A DNA stretch of 64,000 nucleotides, from NCBI RefSeq assembly GCF_009914755.1, contig NC_060937.1; one strand, given 5' to 3'. Source of the stretch: the human T2T-CHM13v2.0 reference genome, Homo sapiens. This document shows, piece by piece, positions 1-16,299 of the stretch. The first letter of the stretch is position 1; each line of letters opens with the position of its first letter. The notes under the pieces were generated by a model. It ran no database searches and was not told where the DNA came from. It saw only the letters and a list, made by a program, of their open reading frames with translations. The position numbers and the translations under genes are program-made.

Positions 1-3000
1 AATATGAAATTACATCAAATATATATTATATTAGGTACATAAAATATGAAAGTACATCAAATATAGATTATACACTGTACATAAAATACCAAAGAACCCC
101 AAATATATATTATATACTGTACATGAAATATCAAAGTTCACAAACTATATATTATATACTGTACATAAAATATCAAAGTACCCAAGGTATATATTCTATA
201 CTGTACAAAAAATATCAAAGTACCCAAAGCATGTATTATATAGTGTATATAAAATATGAAAGTACATCAAATATATATTTAATTCTGTACATAAAATATC
301 AAAGTACACCAAATATATATTCTATACTGTACATAAAATATCAAAGTACCCAAACTATACATTATATACTGTACATAAAATATGAAATTACATCAAATAT
401 ATATTATATTAGGTACATAAAATATGAAAGTACATCAAATATAGATTATACACTGTACATAAAATACCAAAGAACCCCAAATATATATTATATACTGTAC
501 ATGAAATATCAAAGTTCACAAACTATATATTATATAATGTACATAAAATATCAAAGTACCCAAGGTATATATTCCATACTGTACAAAAAATATCAAAGTA
601 CGCAAACATGTATTATATACTGTACATAAAATATGAAATTACATCAAATATATATTATATTAGGTACATAAAATATGAAAGTACATCAAATATACATTAT
701 ATAATGTACATAAAATACCAAAGTACCCCAAATATATATTATATACTGTACATGAAATATCAAAGTTCACAAACTATATATTGTATACTGTACATAAAAT
801 ATCAAAGTACCGAAGGGATATATTCTATAATGTACAAAAAATATCAAAGTACCCAAAGCATGTATTATATACTGTACATAAAATATGAAAGTACATGAAA
901 TATATATTTTATTCTGTACATAAAATATCAAAGTACACCAAATATATATTCTATAGTGTACATAAAATATCAAAGTACCCAGACTATACATTATATACTG
1001 TACATAAAACATGAAATTACATCCAATATATATTATATTTGGTACATAAAATATGAAAGTACATCAAATATAAATTATATACTGTACATAAAATACCAAA
1101 GTACCCCAAATATATATTATATACTGTACATGAAATATCAAAGTTCACAAACTATATATTATATACTGTACATAAAATATCAAAGTATCCAAGGTATATA
1201 TTCTATACTGTACAAAAAATATCAAAGTTCCCAAAACATGTATTATATACTGTTAATAAAATATGAAAGTACATCAAATATATATTTAATTCTGTACATA
1301 AAATATCAAAGTACACCAAATATATATTCTATAGTGTACATAAAATATCAAAGTACCCAAACTATACATTATATACTGTACATAAAATATGAAATTACAT
1401 CAAATATATATTATATTAGGTACATAAAATATGAAAGTACATCAAATATAGATTATATACTGTACATAAAATACCAAAGTACCCCAAATACATATTATAT
1501 ACTGTACATGAAATATCAAAGTTCACAAACTATATATTATATACTGTACATAAAATATCAAAGTACCCAAGGTATATATTCTATACTGTACAAAAAATAT
1601 CAAAGTACCCAAAGGAAGTATTATATACTGTACATAAAATATGAAAGTACATCAAATATATATTTTATTCTGTACATAAAATATCAAAGTACACCAAATA
1701 TATATTCTATAGTGTACATAAAATATCAAAGTACCCAAACTATACATTATACACTGTACATAAAATATGAAATTACATCAAATATATATTATATTAGGTA
1801 CATAAAATATGAAAGTACATCAAATATAGATTATACACTGTACATAAAATACCAAAGAACCCCAAATATATAATATATACTGTACATGAAATATCAAAGT
1901 TCACAAACTATATATTATATACTGTACATAAAATATCAAAGTACCCAAGGTATATATTCTATACTGTACAAAAAATATGAAAGTACCCAAAGCATGTATT
2001 ATATACTGTACATAAAATATGAAAGTACATCAAATATATATTTTATTCTGTACATAAAATATCAAAGTACACCAAATATATATTCCATGGTGTACATAAA
2101 ATATCAAAGTACCCAAACTATACATTATATACTGTACATAAAATATGAAATTACTTCAAATATATATTATATTAGGTACATAAAATATGAAAGTACATCA
2201 AATATAAATTATATACTGTACATAAAATACCAAAGAACCCCAAATATATATTATATACTGTACATGAAATATCAAAGTTCACAAACTATATATTATATAC
2301 TGTACATAAAATATCAAAGTACCCAAGGTATATATTCTATACTGTACAAAAAATATCAAAGTACGCAAAGCATGTATTATATACTGTACATAAAATATGA
2401 AATTACATCAAATATATATTATATTAGGTACATAAAATATGAAAGTACATCACATATATATCATATACTGTACATAAAATACCAAAGTACCCCAAATACA
2501 TATTATATACTGTACATGAAATATCAAAGTTCACAAACTATATATTATATAATGTACATAAAATATCAAAGTACCGAAAGTATATATTCTATACTGTACA
2601 AAAAATATCAAAGTACCCAAAGCATGTATTATATAGTGTATATAAAATATGAAAGTACATCAAATATATATTTAACTCTGTACATAAAATATCAAAGTAC
2701 ACCAAATATATATTCTATACTGTACATAAAATATCAAAGTACCCAAACTATACATTATATACTGTACATAAAATATGAAATTACATCAAATATATATTAT
2801 ATTAGGTACATAAAATATGAAAGTACATCAAATATAGATTATACACTGTACATAAAATACCAAAGAACCCCAAATATATATTATATACTGTACATGAAAT
2901 ATCAGAGTTCACAAACTATATATTATATACTGTACATAAAATATCAAAGTACCCAAGGTATATATTCTATACTGTACAAAAAATATCAAAGTACCCAAAG

Positions 3001-6000
3001 CATGTATTATATACTGTTAATAAAATATGAAAGTACATCAAATATATATTTTATTCTGTACATAAAATATCAAAGTACACCAAATATATATTCTATAGTG
3101 TACATAAAATATCAAAGTACCCAAACTATACCTTATATACTGTACATAAAATATGAAATTACATCAAATATATATTATATTAGGTACATAAAATATGAAA
3201 GTACATCAAATATATATTATATACTGTACATAAAATACCAAAGTACCCCAAATACATATTATATACTGTACATGAAATATCAAAGTTCAAAAACTATATA
3301 TTATATACTGTACATAAAATATCAAAGTACCGAAGGGATATATTCTATAATGTACAAAAAATATCAAAGTACCCAAAGCATATATTATATACTGTACATA
3401 AAATATGAAAGTACATCAAATATATATTTTATTCTGTACATAAAATATCAAAGTACACCAAATATATATTCTATAGTGTACATAAAATATCAAAGTACCC
3501 AGACTATACATTATATACTGTACATAAAACATGAAATTACATCCAATATATATTATATTAGGTACATAAAATATGAAAGTACATCAAATATAAATTATAT
3601 ACTGTACATAAAATACCAAAGTACCTCAAATATATATTAAGTACTGTACATGAAATATCAAAGTTCACAAACTATATATTATATACTGTACATAAAATAT
3701 CAAAGTACCCAAGGTATATATTCTATACTCTACAAAAAATATGAAAGTACCCAAAGCATGTATTATATACGGTACATAAAATATCAAAGTACACCAAATA
3801 TATATTCTATAGTGTACATAAAATATCAAAGTACCCAAACTATACATTATATACTGTACATAAAATATGAAAGTACATCAAATATAGATTATATACTGTA
3901 CATAAAATAGCAAATTACACCAAATATATATTTTATACTGTACATGCAATATCAAAGTTCACAAACTATATATTATATACTGTACATAAAATATCAAAGT
4001 ACCCAAGGTATATATTCTATACTGTACAAAAAATATCAAAGTACCCAAAGCAAGTATTATATACTGTACATAAAATATGAAAGTACATCAAATATATATT
4101 TTATTCTGTACATAAAATATCAAAGTACACCAAATATATATTCTATAGTGTACATAAAATATCAAAGTACCCAAACTATACATTATATACTGTACATAAA
4201 ATATGAAATTACATCAAATATATATTATATTAGGTACATAAAATATGAAAGTACATCAAATATAGATTATACACTGTACATAAAATACCAAAGAACCCCA
4301 AATATATATTATATACTGTACATGAAATATCAAAGTTCACAAACTATATATTATATACTGTACATAAAATATCAAAGTACCCAAGGTATATATTCTATAC
4401 TGTACAAAAAATATCAAAGTACCCAAAGCATGTATTATATACTGTACATAAAATATGAAAGTACATCAAATATATATTTTATTCTGTACATCAAATATCA
4501 AAGTACACCAAATATATATTCTATAGTGTACATAATAAATCAAAGTACCCAAACTATACATTAAATACTGTACATAAAATATGAAATTACATCAAATATA
4601 TATTATATTAGGTACATAAAATATGAAAGTACATCAAATATAGATTATATACTGCACATAAAATACCAAAGTACCCCAAATACATATTATATACTGTACA
4701 TGAAATATCAAAGTTCACAAACTATATATTATATACTGTACATAAAATATCAAAGTACCCATGTTATATATTCTATACTGTACAAAAAATATCAAAGTAC
4801 CCAAAGCATGTATTATGTACTGTTCATAAAATATGAAAGTACATCAAATATATATTTTATTCTGTACATAAAATATCAAAGTACACCAAATATATATTCT
4901 ATAGTGTACATAAAATATCAAAGTACCCAAACTATACATTATATACTGTACATAAAATATGAAATTACATCAAATATATATTATATTAGGTACATAAAAT
5001 ATGAAAGTACATCAAATATATATTATATACTGTACATAAAATACCAAAGTACCCCAAATACATATTATATACTGTACATGAAATATCAAAGTTCACAAAC
5101 TATATATTATATACTGTACATAAAATATCAAAGTACCGAAGGGATATATTCTATACTGTACAAAAAATATCAAAGTACCCAAAGCATGTATTATATACTG
5201 TACATAAAATATGAAAGTACATGAAATATATATTTTTTTCTGTACATAAAATATCAAAGTACACCAAATATATATTCTATAGTGTACATAAAATATCAAA
5301 GTACCCAGACTATACATTATATACTGTACATAAAACATGAAATTACATCCAATATATATTATATTAGGTACATAAAATATGAAAGTACATCAAATATAAA
5401 TTATATACTGTACTTAAAATACCAAAGAACCCCAAATATATATTATATACTGTACATGAAATATCAAAGTTCACAAACTATATGTTATATACTGTATATA
5501 AAATATCAAAGTACCCAAGGTATATATTCTATACTGTACAGAAAATATCAAAGTACCCAAAGCATGTATTATGTAGTGTATATAAAATATGAAAGTACAT
5601 CAAATATATATTTAATTCTGTACATAAAATATCAAAGTACACCAAATATATATTCTATACTGTACATAAAATATCAAAGTACCCAAACTATACATTATAT
5701 ACTGTACATAAAATATGAAATTACATCAAATATATATTATATTAGGTACATAAAATATGAAAGTACATCAAATATAGATTATACACTGTACATAAAATAC
5801 CAAAGAACCCCAAATATATATTATATACTGTACATGAAATATCAAAGTTCACAAACTATATATTATATACTGTACATAAAATATCAAAGTACCCAAGGTA
5901 TATATTCTATACTGTACAAAAAATATCAAAGTACCCAAAGCATGTATTATATAGTGTATATAAAATATGAAAGTACATCAAATATATATTTAATTCTGTA

Positions 6001-6820
6001 CATAAAATATCAAAGTCCACCAAATATATATTCTATACTGTACATAAAATATCAAAGTACCCAAACTATACATTATATACTGTACATAAAATATGAAATT
6101 ACATCAAATATATATTATATTAGGTACATAAAATATGAAAGTACATCAAATATAGATTATACACTGTACATAAAATACCAAAGAACCCCAAATATATATT
6201 ATATACTGTACATGAAATATCAAAGTTCACAAACTATATATTATATAATGTACATAAAATATCAAAGTACCCAAGGTATATATTCTATACTGTACAAAAA
6301 ATATCAAAGTACCCAAAGCATGTGTTATATACTGTACATAAAATATGAAATTACATCAAATATATATTATATTAGGTACATAAAATATGAAAGTACATCA
6401 AATATATATTATATACTGTACATTAAATACCAAAGTACCCAGACTATACATTATATACTGTACATAAAACATGAAATTACATCCAATATATATTATATTT
6501 GGTACATAAAATATGAAAGTACATCAAATATAAATTATATACTGTACATAAAATACCAAAGTACCCCAAATATATATTATATACTGTACATGAAATATCA
6601 AAGTTCACAAACTATATATTATATACTGTACATAAAATATCAAAGTACCCAAGGTATATATTCTATACTGTACAAAAAATATCAAAGTACCCAAAGCATG
6701 TATTATATAGTGTATATAAAATATGAAAGTACATCAAATATATATTTTATTCTGTACATAAAATATCAAAGTACACCAAATATATATTCTATAGTTTACA
6801 TAAAATATCAAAGTACCCAA
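1..6820 (+). repeat. HSat1A domain 1, subfamily N (mostly full-length 378-bp HORs)
   Basis: Monomer E = acaccaAat, monomer I = aaataCcaaag, ctGtacatg before A, intact tatattatattagg in G. Last N marker at ~6775; first D markers at 6851-6965. Confidence 0.85.
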
Positions 6821-9800
6821 ACTATACATTATATACTGTACATAAAATATGAGATTACATCAAATATATATTATATTAGGTACATAAAATATGAAAGTAC
6901 ATCAGATATAGATTATATACTGTACATAAAATATCAAAGTACCCCAAATATGTATTATATACTCTACATGAAATATCAAAGTTCGCAAACTATATATTAT
7001 ATACTGTACATAAAATATCAAAGTACCCAAGTTATATATTCTATACTGTACAAAAAATATCAAAGTACACAAAGCATGTATTATATACTGTATATAAAAT
7101 ATGAAAGTACATCAAATATATATTTTATTCTGTACATAAAATATCAAAGTACACCAGATATATATTCTATAGTGTACATAAAATAACAAAGTACACAAAC
7201 TATAAATTATATACTGTACATAAAATATGAAATTACATCAAATATATATTAGGTACATAAAATATGAATGTACATCAACTATAGATTATATACTGTACAT
7301 ATAATATCAATGTACTCCAAATATATATTTTATACTCTACATGAAACATCAAAGTTCACAAACCATATATTTTATACTGTACATAAAATATCAAAGTACC
7401 CAAGGTATATATTCTATACTGTACAAAAAATATCAAAGTACCCAAAGCATATATTATATACTGTACATAAAATATGAAAGTACAACAAATATATATTTTA
7501 TTCCGTACATAAAATATCAAAGTACACCAGATATATATTCTATAGTGTACATAAAATATCAAAGTACCCAAACTATACATTATATACTGTACATAAAATA
7601 TGAAATTACATCAAATATATATTATATTAGGTACATAAAATATGAAAGTACATCAAATATAGATTATATAGTGTACATAAAATATCAAAGTACCCCAAAT
7701 ATATATTATATACTCTACATGAAATATCAAAGTTCACAAACTATATATTATATACTGTACATAAAATATAAAAGTACCCAAGGCATATATTCTATACTGT
7801 ACAAAAAATATCAAAGTACCCAAAGCATGTATTATATACTGTATATAAAATATGAAAGTACATCAAATACATATTTTATTCTGTACATAAAATATCAAAG
7901 TACACCAGATATATATTCTATAGTGTACATAAAATAACAAAGTACACAAACTATAAATTATATACTGTACATAAAATATGAAATTACATCAAATATATAT
8001 TAGGTACATAAAATATGAAAGTACATCAAATATAGATTATATACTGTACATAAAATATCAAAGTACCCCAAATATATATTATATACTCTACATGAAATAT
8101 CAAAGTTCACAAACTATATATTATATACTGTACATAAAATATCAAAGTACCCAAGGTATATATTCTATACTGTACAAAAAATATCAAAGTACCCAAAGCA
8201 TGTATTTTATACTGTACATAAAATATGAAAGTACATCAAATACATATTTTATTCTGTACATAAAATATCAAAGTACACCAGATATATATTCTATAGTGTA
8301 CATAAAATAACAAAGTACACAAACTATACATTATATACTGTACATAAAATATGAAATTACATCAAATATATATTAGGTACATAAAATATGAAAGTACATC
8401 AAATATACGTTATATACTGTACATAAAATATCAAACTACCCCAAATATATATTATATACTCTACATGAAATATCAAAGTTCACAAACTATATATTATATA
8501 CTGAACATAAAATATCAAAGTACCCAAAGTATATATTCTATACTGTACAAAAAATATCAAAGTACCCAAAGCATGTATTATATACTGTATATAAAATATG
8601 AAAGTACATCAAATATATATTTTATTCTGTACATAAAATATCAAAGTACACCAGATATATATTCTATAGTGTACATAAAATAACAAAGTACACAAACTAT
8701 AAATTATATACTGTACATAAAATATGTAATTACATCAAATATATATTAGGTACATAAAATATGAAAGTACATCAAATATAGATTATATACTGTACATATA
8801 ATATCAATGTACCCCAAATATATATTTTATACTCTACATGAAATATCAAAGTTCACAAACCATATATTATATGCTGTACATAAAATATCAAAGTACCCAA
8901 GGTATATATTCTATACTGTACAAAAAATATCAAAGTACCCAAAGCATGTATTATATACTGTACATAAAATATGAAAGTACATCAAATATATATTTTATTC
9001 TGTACATAAAATATCAAAGTACACCAGATATATATTCTATAGTGTACATAAAATATCAAAAGTACCCAAACTATACATTATACACTGTACATAAAATATG
9101 AAATTTCATCAAATATATATTATATTAGGTACATAAAATATGAAAGTACATCAAATATAGATTATATACTGTACATTAAATACCAAAGTACCCCAAATAT
9201 ATATTTTATACTCTACATGAAATATCAAAGTTCACAAACCATATATTATATACTGTACATAAAATATCAAAGTACCCAAGGTATATATTCTATACTGTAC
9301 AAAAAATACCAAAGTACCCAAAGCATGTATTATATAATGTACATAACATATGAAAGTACATCAAATATATATTTTATTCTGTACATGAAATATCAAAGTA
9401 CACCAGATATATATTCTATATTGTACATAAAATATCAAAGTACCCAAACTATACATTATATACTGTACATAAAATATGAAATTACATCAAATATATATTA
9501 TATTAGGTACATAAAATACGAAAGTACATCAAACATAGATTATATACTGTACATAAAATATCAAAGTACCCCAAATATATATTACATACTCTACATGAAA
9601 TATCAAAGTTCACAAACTATATATTATATACTGTACATAAAATATCAAAGTACCCAAGGTACATATTCTGTACTGTACAAAAAATATCAAAGTACCCAAA
9701 GCATGTATTATATACTGTATATAAAATATGAAAGTACATCAAATATATATTTTATTCTGTACGTAAAATATCAAAGTACACCAGATATATATTCTATAGT

Positions 9801-12800
9801 GTACATAAAATAACAAAGTACAAAAACTATAAATTATATACTGTACATAAAATATGAAATTACATCAAATACATATTAGGTACATAAAATATGAAAGTAC
9901 ATCAAATATAGATTATGTACTGTACATAAAATATCAATGTACCCCAAATATATATTTTATACTCTACATGAAATATCAAAGTTCACAAACCATATATTAA
10001 ATACTGTACATAAAATATCAAAGTAACCAAGGTATATATTCTATACTGTACAAAAAATACCAAAGTACCCAAAGCATGTATTATATAATGTACATAACAT
10101 ATGAAAGTACATCAAATATATATTTTATTCTGTACATGAAATATCAAAGTACACCAGATATATATTCTATAGTGTACATAAAATATCAAAGTACCCAAAC
10201 TATACATTATATACTGTACATAAAATATGAAATTACATCAAATATATATTATATTAGGTACATAAAATAAGAAAGAACATCAAATGTAGATTATATACTG
10301 TATATAAAATATCAAAGTACCCCAAATATATATTATATACTCTACATGAAATATCAAAGTTCGCAAACTATATATTATATACTGTACATAAAATATCAAA
10401 GTACCCAAGGTATATATTCTATACTGTACAAAAAATATCAAAGTACCCAAAGCATGTATTATATACTGTACATAAAATATGAAAATACATTAAATATATA
10501 TTTTATTCTGTACATAAAATATCAAAGTACTCCAGATATATATTCTATAGTGTACATAAAATAACAAAGTACACAAAGTATAAATTATATACTGTACGTA
10601 AAATATGAAATTACATCAAATATATATTAGGTACATAAAATATGAAAGTACATCAAATATAGATTATATACTGTACATATAATATCAATGTACCCCAAAT
10701 ATATATTTTATACTCTACATGAAATATCAAAGTTCACAAACCATATATTATATACTGTACATAAAATATCAAAGTACCCAAGGTATATATTCTATACTGT
10801 ACAAAAAATATCAAAGTACCCAAAGCATGTATTATATACTGTATATAAAATATGAAAGTACATCAAATATATATTTTATTCTGTTCATAAAATATCAAAG
10901 TACACCAGATATATATTCTACAGTCTACATAAAATATCAAAGTACCCAAACTATACATTATATACTGTACATAAAATATGAAATTACATCAAATATATAT
11001 TAGGTACATAAAATATGAAAGTACATCAAATATAGATTATATACTGTACATAAAATATCAAAGTACCCCAAATATATATTATATACTGTACATGAAATAT
11101 CAAAGTTCACAAACAATATATTATATACTGTACATAAAATATCAAAGTACCCAAGGTATATATTCTATACTGTACAAAAAATATCAAAGTACCAAAAGCA
11201 TGTAGTATATACTGTACATAAAATAACAAAGTACCCCAAATATATATTATATACTCTACATGAAATATCAAAGTTCACAAACTATATATTATATACTGTA
11301 CATAAAATATCAAAGTACCCAAGGTATATATTCTATACTGTACAAAAAATATCAAAGTACCCAAAGCATGTATTATATACTGTACATAAAATATGAAAGT
11401 ACATCAAATATATATTTTATTCTGTACATCAAATATCAAAGTACACCAGATATATATTCTATAGTGTACATAAAATAACAAAGTACACAAACTATAAATT
11501 ATATACTGTATATAAAATATGAAATTACATCAAAAATATATTAGGTACATAAAATATGAAAGTACATCAAATATAGATTATATACTGTACATAAAATATC
11601 AATGTACCCCAAATATATATTTTATACTCTACATGAAATATCAAAGTTCACAAACTATATATTATATACTGTACATAAAATATCAAAATACCCAAGGTAT
11701 ATATTCTATACTGAACAAAAAATATCAAAGTACCCAAAGCATGTATTATATACTGTACATAAAATATGAAAGTACATCAAATATATATCTTATTCTGTAC
11801 ATAAAATATCAATGTACACCAGATATATATTCTATAGTGTACATAAAATATCAAAGTACCCAAACTATACATTATATACTGTACAGAAAATATGAAATTA
11901 CAGCAAATATATATTATATTAGGTACATAAAATATGAAAGTACATCAAATATAGATTATATACTGTACATTAAATACCAAAGTAACCCAAATATATATTT
12001 TATACTGTACATGAAATATCAAAGTTCACAAACCATATATTATATACTCTACATAAAATATCAAAGTACACAAGGTATATATTCTATACTGTACAAAAAA
12101 TATCAAAGTACCCAAAGCATGTATTATAAACTGTACATAAAATATGAAAGTACATCAAATATATATTTTATTCTGTACATAAAATATCAAAGTACACCAG
12201 ATATATATTCTACACTGTACATAAAATATCAAATTACCCAAACTATACATTATATACTGTACATAAAATATAAGATTACATCAAATATATATTATATTAG
12301 GTACATAAAATATGAAAGTACATCAGATATAGATTATATACTGTACATAAAATATCAAAGTACCCCAAATATATATTATATACTCTACATGAAATATGAA
12401 AGTTCGCAAACTATATATTATATACTTTACATAAAATATCAAAGTACCCAAGGTATATATTCTATACTGTACAAAAAATATCAAAGTACCCAAAGCATGT
12501 ATTATATACTGTACATAAAATATGAAAGTACATCAAGTATATATTTTATTCTGTACATAAAATATCAAAGTACACCAGATATATATTCTATAGAGTACAT
12601 AAAATATCAAAGTACCCAAACTAAACATTATATACTGTGCATAAAATATGAGATTACATCAAATATATATTATATTAGGTACATAAAATATGAAAGTACA
12701 TCAGACATAGATTATATACTGTACATAAAATATCAAAGTACCCCAAATATATATTATATACTGTACATGAAATATCAAAGTTCAAAAACTATATATTATA

Positions 12801-15800
12801 TACTGTACATAAAATATCAAAGTACCCAAGGTATATATTCTATACTGTACAAAAAATATCAAAGTACCCAAAGCATGTATTATATACTGTACATAAAATA
12901 TGAAAGTACATCAAGTATATATTTTATTCTGTACATAAAATATCAAAGTACACCACATATATATTCTATAGTGTACATAAAATAACAAATTACACAAACT
13001 ATACATTATATACTGTACATAAAATATGAAATTACATCAAATATATATTAGGTACATAAAATATGAAAGTACATCAAATATAGATTATATACTGTACATA
13101 TAATATCAATGTACCCCAAATATATATTTTATACTCTACATGAAATATCAAAGTTCACAAACCATACATTATATACTGTACATAAAATATCAAAGTACCC
13201 AAGGTATATATTCTATACTATACAAAAAATATCAAAGTACCCAAAGCATGTATTATATACTGTACATAAAATATGAAAGTACATCAAATATATATTTTAT
13301 TCTGTACATAAAATATCAAAGTACACCAGATATATATTCTATAGTGTACATAAAATATCAAAGTTCCCATACTATACACTATATACTGTACATAAAATAT
13401 GAAATTACATGAAATATATATTAGGTACATAAAATATGAAAGTACATCAAATATAGATTATATACTGTACATAAAATATCAAAGTACCCCAAATATATAT
13501 TATATACTCTACATGAAATATCAAAGTTCACAAACTATATATTATATACTGTACATAAAATATCAAAGTACCCAAGGTATATATTCTATACTGTACAAAA
13601 AATATCAAAGTACCCAAAGCATGTATTATATACTGTACATAAAATATGAAATTACGTCAAATATATATTTTATTCTGTACATAAAATATCAAAGTACACC
13701 AGATATATATTCTATAGTGTACATAAAATAACAAAGTACACAAACTATACATTATATACTGTACATAAAATATGAAATTACATCAAATATATATTAGGTA
13801 CATAAAATATGAAAGTACATCAAATATAGATTATATACTGTACATAAAATATCAAAGTACCCCAAATATATATTATATACTCTACATGAAATATCAAAGT
13901 TCACATACCAGATATTATATACTGTACATAAAATATAAAAGTACCCAAGGTATATATTCTATACTGTACAAAAAATATCAAAGTACCCAAAGCATGTATT
14001 ATATACTGTATATAAAATATGAAAGTACATTAAATACATATTTTTTTCTGTACATAAAATATCAAACTACACCAGATATATATTCTATAGTGTACATAAA
14101 AAAACAAAGTACACAAACTATAAATTATATACTGTACATAAAATATGAAATTACATCAAATATATATTAGGTACATAAAATATGAAAGTACATCAAATAT
14201 AGATTATATACTGTACATATCAATGTACCCGAAATATATATTTTATACTCTACATGAAATATCAAAGTTCACAAACTATATATTATATACTGTACATAAA
14301 ATATCAAAGTACCCAAGGTATATATTCTATACTGTACAAAAAATATCAAAGTACCCAAAGCATGTAGTATATACTGTACATAAAATATCAAAGTACCCCA
14401 AATATATATTATATACTCTACATGAAATATCAAAGTTCACAAGCTATATATTATATACTGTACATAAAATATCAAAGTACCCAAGGTATATATTCTATAC
14501 TGTACAAAAAATATCAAAGTACACAAAGCATGTATTATATACTGTACATAAAATATGAAAGTACATCAAATATATATTTTATTCTGTACATAAAATATCA
14601 AAGTACACCAGATATATATTCTATAGTGTACATAAAATAACAAAGTACACAAACTATAAATTATATACTGTACATAAAATATGAAATTACATCAAATATA
14701 TATTAGGTACAAAAAATATGAAAGTACATCAAATATAGATTATATACTGTACATAAAATATCAATGTACAGCAAATATATATTTTATACTCTACATGAAA
14801 TATCAAAGTTCACAAACCATATATTATATACTGTACATAAAATATCAAAGTACCCAAGGTATATATTCTATACTGTACAAAAAATATCAAACTACCCAAA
14901 GCATGTATTATATACTATACATAAAATATGAGAGTACATCAAATATATATTTTATTCTGTACATAAAATATCAAAGTACACCAGATATATATTCTATAGT
15001 GTACATAAAATATCAAAGTACACAAAACTATACATTATATACTGTACATAAAATATGAAATTACATCAAATATATATTAGGTACATAAAATATGAAAGTA
15101 CATCAAATATAGATTATATACTGTACATAAAATATCAAAGTACCCCAAATATATATTATATACTCTACATGAAATATCAAAGTTCACAAACTATATATTA
15201 TATACCGTACATAAAATATCAAAGTACCCAAGGTATATATTCTATACTGTACAAAAAATATCAAAGTACCTAAAGCATGTATTATATACTGTATATAAAA
15301 TATGAAAGTACATCAAATATATATTTTATTCTGTACATAAAATATCAAAGTACACCAGATTTATATTCTATAGTGTACATAAAATAACAAAGTACAAAAA
15401 CTATAAATTATATACTGTACATAAAATATGAAATTACATCAAATACATGTTAGGTACATAAAATATGAAAGTACATCAAATATAGATTATATACTGTACA
15501 TAAAATATCAATGTACCCCAAATATATATTTTATACTCTACATGAAATATCAAAGTTCACAAACCATATATTATATACTGTACATAAAATATCAAAGTAA
15601 CCAAGGTATATATTCTATACTGTACAAAAAATACCAAAGTACCCAAAGCATGTATTATATAATGTACATAACATATGAAAGTACATCAAATATATATTTT
15701 ATTCTGTACATGAAATATCAAAGTACACCAGATATATATTCTATAGTGTACATAAAATATCAAAGTACCCAAACTATACATTATATACTGTACATAAAAT

Positions 15801-16299
15801 ATGAAATTACATCAAATATATATTATATTAGGTACATAAAATATGAAAGAACATCAAATGTAGATTATATACTGTACATAAAATATAAAAGTACCCCAAA
15901 TATATATTATATACTCTACATGAAATATCAAAGTTCACAAACCAAACATTATATACTGTACATAAAATATCAAAGTACCCAAGTTATATATTCTATAATG
16001 TACAAAAAATATCAAAGTAACCAAAGCGTGTATTATATACTGTATATAAAATATGAAATTACATCAAATATATATTTTATTCTGAACATAAAATATCAAA
16101 GTACACCAGATATATATTCTATATTGTACATAAAATATCAAAGTACCCAAACTATACATTATATACTGTACATAAAATATGAAATTACATCAAATATATA
16201 TTATATTAGGTACATAAAATACGAAAGTACATCAAACATAGATTATATACTGTACATAAAATATCAAAGTACCCCAAATATATATTACATACTCTACAT

